Shown here in pieces: positions 59,010 through 64,000 of a DNA stretch of 64,000 nt. The first letter of the stretch is position 1; each line of letters begins with the position of its first letter. This stretch comes from Trypanosoma brucei (lineage: Eukaryota). The DNA lies in assembly GCA_000002445.1 (NCBI GenBank), contig CH464491.1:2432001-2496000 (forward strand), given 5' to 3'. Under the pieces are notes generated by a model. It saw only the letters and a list, made by a program, of their open reading frames with translations. It had not been told where the DNA came from and ran no database searches. The position numbers were made by a program, and so were the translations under genes.

Positions 59010-61586
59010 ATGCTATCCAAGTTATTCCGGTATGACACGAAACTTCAGGGGAAGCAGGAACTCAGTACCGCTGATCACAGGTCGTTACTTGAGCTTAGTA
59101 TGACAGACAACATTACATCCGTAGAGATTCCGCAGTACAGGGTGCGGGGGACGTTTGTTGAGTATGTGATTGAGTGCACAAAACGAAACATGACGTGGCA
59201 GGTGTTTCGGCGTTACCAGCAATTTAAGGCACTTGACCAGAGTCTGAAACAACTATGCTCACGCGGATCCTCAAGGCACTGTGACTACGGGGTCATTCCT
59301 GTCCTCTGCGGTAGCCACTGGACGGAAGTAACTAACCAGTCAATCGACCTCGTAGAAAAACGGCGGAGGCACTTGGAAATTTACCTCCGCCAGTTGCTCG
59401 TCCCGGGGAATGTATTTTATGTTGCTAAAACCGTGATTTACGATTTTCTTCACGATGGCGCGGTTCCTGCGCAGCACCAAAGGAGGGCCATACGACCGCT
59501 AATTGGCTTTGCAACGCCAGACTCGTTGGCAGACCTCCACTTGGAAAACAGGAACGGCGAAGGGAGTGCGAGCCGGTTAGGGGCGGCCTCAACTCTCAAC
59601 GATAAATCGATTTCTATGCTTGGGCCATCTGCTGTTGGTGAAAGTGATCGAGTGGATGATGGTGTCGGGGACGAAGAAGAGGAGCCCTGCAAATCACCTC
59701 CAGGAGAGACCGTAGAGAGCGGTGAGGAATGTGAAGATTTACCATCAGCTGACAACAGTGAAGCTGAGGACGTGCGTGTGCCGCCACCAGGCTCCTTGTG
59801 CAGGCAATGTAACGCTGAGTTTTCTTCTGTGCTGTATCCGCATCGTTGTTTCTTCTGTAGGCAACAGTTTTGTCGCGACTGTTTGCACCCAGTCGAACTT
59901 GAAGAAGGAGAGGTCGCTAGATCATGTGTTCAATGTTATGAAAACTTTGCTCGAAAGACCTGTAAACCCCAATATCCCCCAACTCCCATGGCTTCAACAC
60001 CAATACTTCAGTGCGCACCTGCTGGTGGTGCGTTGGACCCGTTGAACTTACTCGGTAGTACGTCCCACGTGCGAACAGATGTAACACTTTCTGACTTTAA
60101 GTTAGTTACAACTGTGGGACGTGGCACGTTTGGCAAAGTGATGAAAGTTATCTTTCGTGAAGATGGCAAGGTTTATGCTATGAAAGTGCTCAACAAGTGT
60201 GTTATTCACAAGCGGCGAATGATCGAGTACATCAGGGAGGAGAAGAATATCATGTCCTCTTTACCCTCGCATCCGTACATTGTAACATGTCACTTCGCAT
60301 TTCAGACTGACTACCATCTTTTCTTCGTACTGGACTACCTCCCTGGTGGAGACATGCACTCGCGTGTTTACCCTAAACTCAAACTAACTGAATCGGATGT
60401 CCGTTTGTATATTGCTGAACTTGTACTCGCACTCCAACATCTGCACCGTCACGACATTGCCCATCGTGACGTCAAGCTCGAAAACATTGTCTTGGGAGAA
60501 GACGGACATCTTAAACTGACAGATTTTGGGCTGGCACGCATGAATTTCTCACGGCAACGCCGTCGCAGTTTTGTGGGGAGTCCGGAGTACCTTCCGCCAG
60601 AAACGATTCAGGGGAAGTACCAAACGAAGGCTGTGGATTGGTGGAGTGCGGGGGTCATGCTGTACGAAATGCTGAGTGGGAAGACGCCGTTTTACTCGGC
60701 GTACAATTGTGAAATCTACAACAATGTGTTGAAGGCGGAGTTGGACCTCACAGCCCCGTGTTTCACGCCAGAGGCCGCCTCACTCATTGAACAACTGCTT
60801 CAAAGCCATCCAAAAGCAAGGTTGCAAGACGCAGGGGCAATAAAGGCTCATCCTTACTTTGCATCAATCGATTGGGCTGCTCTCGAAGGTAAAAAAATAT
60901 CTGCCCCCATACAGCTTGATCTTATGGGAAATGATATGAAATACATCAAATGGAAGTTCACGGCGGAGTGGGCTGTTATATACAAACCTCCTGGAGTGAC
61001 ACGTGCTACAATTGACCTTTTGATTAATCGCTTTAGTAACTTTGCTCATGTGAGCGAGGGGACGCCGCCCACGCCGCATCTGCCGATAGGGCAGCAGCAG
61101 GAAGAGGTATCTGACGGAGTGACAAACCCACCGGATATAACCGGCGTTTGGAATGTTGTCAAGGTAGAGATGCAAACGGAGGATGGAAAGATCACGCATC
61201 CTTGGGGAAGTGCAGTGTGTGGAGTGCTAGCGTACTTCCCAGAGGGTCAGTTCAGCATGCAGCTTACATCATATATGCGTCCACATTTGCGGCAACAGTT
61301 CGTGGATCGTGCCGTGAGAGAGGATCTGGTAGAAATGTGCAACTCGTACGCGGGCAGTTTCGGAAAGTATCAGATCAAGCCAGGGAGCAATATCATTACT
61401 CACAGGCTTCACGGCTGCCTCTGTCCGAATCTTACAGGAAGTACACAAAAGTATTTTTTTGAGGTTCGTGAGAGGAAAGAAAATGGGGCTAAAGTGTTGA
61501 AACTTTTTACCGCGTGTAACGCGCTCCCAGGTGAAGACATCTCCGCACAAACCGTCCTCACATGGGAACGGACGGGTTCCTGCTAA
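59010..61586 (+). CDS. PX-domain AGC-family serine/threonine protein kinase with a FYVE-like zinc finger and a C-terminal lipocalin-like domain
   Basis: PX: 'IPQYRVRGTFVEYVIECTKRNMTWQVFRRYQQFKALDQSLKQL' (R-Y-x-x-F-x-x-L signature). Zinc finger: 'CRQCNAEFSSVLYPHRCFFCRQQFCRDC...CVQCY' (~59800-59935). Kinase: 'VGRGTFGKVMKV...YAMKVLNK', 'HRDVKLENIVLGEDGHLKLTDFGLAR', 'GSPEYLPPE', 'DWWSAGVMLYEM', and AGC-type 'HPYFASIDWAAL'. C-terminal 'GVWNVVKVEMQTEDGKITHPWGSAVCGVLAYFPEGQFSMQLTS' fits the Lipocalin_5/DUF1794-type pattern. The track start at 58905 is a GTG, and the first ATG is 59010 ('MLSKLFRYD'). Confidence 0.85.
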   Translation: MLSKLFRYDTKLQGKQELSTADHRSLLELSMTDNITSVEIPQYRVRGTFVEYVIECTKRNMTWQVFRRYQQFKALDQSLKQLCSRGSSRHCDYGVIPVLCGSHWTEVTNQSIDLVEKRRRHLEIYLRQLLVPGNVFYVAKTVIYDFLHDGAVPAQHQRRAIRPLIGFATPDSLADLHLENRNGEGSASRLGAASTLNDKSISMLGPSAVGESDRVDDGVGDEEEEPCKSPPGETVESGEECEDLPSADNSEAEDVRVPPPGSLCRQCNAEFSSVLYPHRCFFCRQQFCRDCLHPVELEEGEVARSCVQCYENFARKTCKPQYPPTPMASTPILQCAPAGGALDPLNLLGSTSHVRTDVTLSDFKLVTTVGRGTFGKVMKVIFREDGKVYAMKVLNKCVIHKRRMIEYIREEKNIMSSLPSHPYIVTCHFAFQTDYHLFFVLDYLPGGDMHSRVYPKLKLTESDVRLYIAELVLALQHLHRHDIAHRDVKLENIVLGEDGHLKLTDFGLARMNFSRQRRRSFVGSPEYLPPETIQGKYQTKAVDWWSAGVMLYEMLSGKTPFYSAYNCEIYNNVLKAELDLTAPCFTPEAASLIEQLLQSHPKARLQDAGAIKAHPYFASIDWAALEGKKISAPIQLDLMGNDMKYIKWKFTAEWAVIYKPPGVTRATIDLLINRFSNFAHVSEGTPPTPHLPIGQQQEEVSDGVTNPPDITGVWNVVKVEMQTEDGKITHPWGSAVCGVLAYFPEGQFSMQLTSYMRPHLRQQFVDRAVREDLVEMCNSYAGSFGKYQIKPGSNIITHRLHGCLCPNLTGSTQKYFFEVRERKENGAKVLKLFTACNALPGEDISAQTVLTWERTGSC

Positions 61587-62015
61587 TCTCTTGCCTATAC
61601 GCTTCCCTGCCCCGTTAAATAATGGGCTGTTGCTGGGCCTCTCCCGTTGCTACTCTTCCCTGTTGCCTCCAATGTACCCAAACACGCTCATCTCACTGTT
61701 GGAGCCGTACAATGTGCTTCCATCTGCTGCTAGTGACTGATAAGGTGGGACAGTCTGGCGGCACCTTTTTTCTATCTCTCTGCCGTGGCACGGCTGCTGT
61801 ACAGTTCGGGGTATCGATTTCTCATAGCGCATCTTTTTCTTTTTTTCAGAAACACCCCTCTGTTATTGCCATTTGTCGAACGAACTCTTACCTTCATATG
61901 CTATTAATCATTCTCTGGTCACAAGTTGACGAATTTCTAGGACAAGAGAACGACAGAAGTAGAGGTAAAAAGAAAAAGGTGACCGCGGCACTCTTCTCTT
62001 TGTGCATCGTGTAGC

Positions 62016-64000
62016 ATGCTCTCCAGTGCGCTGAGGTTTGTAAAACCCGTCAAGCGGATGACGGCAACTGCTGGAAGGATCGTTTTTTCTAGCATCACAA
62101 ACACCCAGAAACGCGTAAGCACATCATCACAAGCCACAACCAAGTCGACTTTGGTTCTCTCTGATGAGGACCGCAAGCTAATGCCTCAGGGGATCGCACA
62201 ACCTACCATAGCGGAGCCCGGTGGAGTTAATGCACAGCAAGAACCAAGGAACGCTTCAGATACCATGGATGCAAGTACCGCTGTAGGGATCGGGAACCTT
62301 CGCAGAGGAAATAGCGGTGCATCCACACATGCTGGTGGTTATGCACCGTGGGAAATCCGCGCGCTCCTTGTTCCACTGTTGCCTGTAGGCAACACCTTTG
62401 TTCACATAAGTAGCGTCATCCACCTTCTTCCTTCGGCAGCACGGAAGGAAATGGAGCGTGAGGGGACACCCCTTCAGTACATAGAGAAATATCTATCGGA
62501 CAGTGTTATTGTCAGGGGGAGCCTGCTCTCGCGCATCACAACAGGTGCAAGCAGTTGTGACAAGGGGAATGGATGTAACAAAGCTTCTGTTGCGCCGCCA
62601 CCGCCTCCCATTTCCGTTGGTCGTGCAAGCGGTCCAGCTTCACAGCAGCAGCAGCAGCAGCAGGGCTTGCCTCCGCGAGGTGGTGCGGGTGCGAAAACAA
62701 CTCTTGAAGTGTTGGATATGTTAATTGAATTCATTCCAACCTTCTTTGTACAACACCAGATGGTAGCCGACCAGTTGCCGTCTGAAATTACAAAGCAGTT
62801 TGCTGACAGTAGTTTTCTTTATTATCTCAAGCGGTTCCGTCACTACATTGACATACGTGCCAGCCACGGGAACACTGAAATCCGGCTCCGCCCCGATTTT
62901 TCACACCCTAAGCGGGGTGCAGCTGATTCTCTCTACACCACTGGACTGAGCAGCAATGACATATTGAGCCAACTCGCCCGCGGTCGAAGGCCACCACGAC
63001 ACTCAGAGGCCAACTTAATTCAATTCATAGTGCCACGAATGCCCATCGAATACACTCCAATAGCTACCGTCCTGCAGGATGTGTCAGATATCGTCTCCCG
63101 CCATCCCTCCTTTGATCCTCGTCTCGGGGTAACGGGTCTCTTCGAGAAATACCCAGAATATTTTCAGATCACTGACTCCAAACTGCGAGTTCGGCCGTTT
63201 CGCAGTGCGCCAAATTCATTGGATGATTTGAACGCTACTACCTCACCCCTACCTGCTATATACGAGAAGGTTAAGCAACTGGTGGATGCACAGGCCGAGG
63301 GAAAGGACTACAGTAAAGAGTCAGAGAAGGCAGCTGCCATTGTGCCGACTGGTAAACTATACGCGCTACTTACTAACGTAGAAAAAACGGAGGTAAAAGC
63401 AAAATGTCGCTCCTTCCCGCGTTTCTTGCGGCTGCACGGCGAGGAGATTGTGGTATCTGTGGACAGCATGAAGGTGTACAAGTTCCGGCCAACGTATGAA
63501 CCCTGCGCAGAAACTCTTATGGATCAGCGGCTTATGATGAGTTCACTCTCCCCTAGTGACCCCGTACTAAAGATACCAGCCACAATGGAGGAAAGCAGTT
63601 CTGCTGACTGGGCCGTACGGGAGCTGTACGACGCGTTGCCGCTTATGCAGTGTGCTGAACTTAGTGAAGTGATGTCGCTCGTTCCGCCCTCCATAAGGGA
63701 TGCACTGCCAAAGGAGCTGGAGAAGCTTGTGGAACATTTGGCATTGTATCCCGACTACTTCGCCACCTGGCCCTACCCCGACGATCCCACTGTGATGGTG
63801 GTTCAGCGAGCAAAGCTGGAGCCGTTGCACTTAAAGAACGAAGACATTGTGAGGATGGTTCTTTCGTTTATTCCCCAGGGCGGTATTGAAGCGCACAAGC
63901 TGATGCGTCGCGTCCCGCTTCCTCTTCAAAGACACTTCTACCGCCACGGGTTGAAGAGGGTGCTTGGCGAACTTAAGGACTACTTTTTGATTGTTGGTGA
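62016..64000 (+). CDS. Hypothetical protein, 3'-partial (ORF is open to the window end, so it is absent from the supplied ORF track). It has an N-terminal presequence-like segment and four repeated OST-HTH/LOTUS-like modules.
   Basis: Manual translation from ATG 62016 gives >660 codons with no stop up to the last base ('MLSSALRFVKPVKRMTATAGRIVFSSITN...GELKDYFLIVG'). Four ~60-aa modules end in G..L...YP.YF-type motifs ('GLFEKYPEYFQI', 'FPRFLRLHGEEIVV', 'LVEHLALYPDYFAT', 'LKRVLGELKDYFLIV'). Includes a (Q)7 stretch and 'PPPPP'. Confidence 0.6.
   Translation, partial: MLSSALRFVKPVKRMTATAGRIVFSSITNTQKRVSTSSQATTKSTLVLSDEDRKLMPQGIAQPTIAEPGGVNAQQEPRNASDTMDASTAVGIGNLRRGNSGASTHAGGYAPWEIRALLVPLLPVGNTFVHISSVIHLLPSAARKEMEREGTPLQYIEKYLSDSVIVRGSLLSRITTGASSCDKGNGCNKASVAPPPPPISVGRASGPASQQQQQQQGLPPRGGAGAKTTLEVLDMLIEFIPTFFVQHQMVADQLPSEITKQFADSSFLYYLKRFRHYIDIRASHGNTEIRLRPDFSHPKRGAADSLYTTGLSSNDILSQLARGRRPPRHSEANLIQFIVPRMPIEYTPIATVLQDVSDIVSRHPSFDPRLGVTGLFEKYPEYFQITDSKLRVRPFRSAPNSLDDLNATTSPLPAIYEKVKQLVDAQAEGKDYSKESEKAAAIVPTGKLYALLTNVEKTEVKAKCRSFPRFLRLHGEEIVVSVDSMKVYKFRPTYEPCAETLMDQRLMMSSLSPSDPVLKIPATMEESSSADWAVRELYDALPLMQCAELSEVMSLVPPSIRDALPKELEKLVEHLALYPDYFATWPYPDDPTVMVVQRAKLEPLHLKNEDIVRMVLSFIPQGGIEAHKLMRRVPLPLQRHFYRHGLKRVLGELKDYFLIVG

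Overview
This 64 kb window reads as a kinetoplastid nuclear chromosome segment. Judging by composition, codon usage and intergenic architecture it is most likely a Trypanosoma, possibly of the T. brucei group, but species cannot be confirmed without a search. It is not a prokaryotic island. I count 21 intron-less protein-coding genes, all on the + strand. They are separated by 0.3-2.3 kb intergenic regions carrying polypyrimidine tracts (the sites where the spliced leader is added to each mRNA) and TA/GT/AAAT microsatellites, which is the layout of one polycistronic transcription unit. There is no strand switch, and I found no tRNA or rRNA genes, retroelements or CRISPR arrays. Gene calls rest on motif-level recognition and on alignments made from memory against well-known families: BMS1, an EEF2KMT/FAM86-like lysine methyltransferase, kinesin-14, a RAD5/HLTF-like RING-SNF2 protein, RPA1, PCH2/TRIP13, topoisomerase III-alpha, an ArfGAP, VPS15, a METTL13-like methyltransferase, NSUN5, proteasome RPN2, a PX/AGC kinase, and several hypothetical proteins. 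The six-frame track uses GTG/TTG as pseudo-starts, so I moved several starts to the first in-frame ATG downstream of a polypyrimidine tract. Main observations for follow-up: (1) the RING-SNF2 protein keeps the complete SNF2 fold, but every catalytic motif is substituted (GKT becomes SDK, DEAH becomes FEPY, and the TGTPIQN and arginine-finger motifs are lost), so it looks like a pseudo-ATPase; (2) a 353-aa protein has an N-terminus, central beta-region and C-terminus that resemble the ERMES subunit Mdm12 (SMP domain), which is reportedly absent from kinetoplastids; (3) the PX-AGC kinase has a FYVE-like zinc finger and a bacterial-type lipocalin-like C-terminal domain; (4) a giant 1900-aa protein contains six 36-bp tandem repeats that are also open in a second frame; (5) an unlisted ORF at the 3' edge, open to the window end, has four repeated OST-HTH/LOTUS-like modules. 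Nothing here can be checked against a database from inside this task. Product names are hypotheses of graded confidence.
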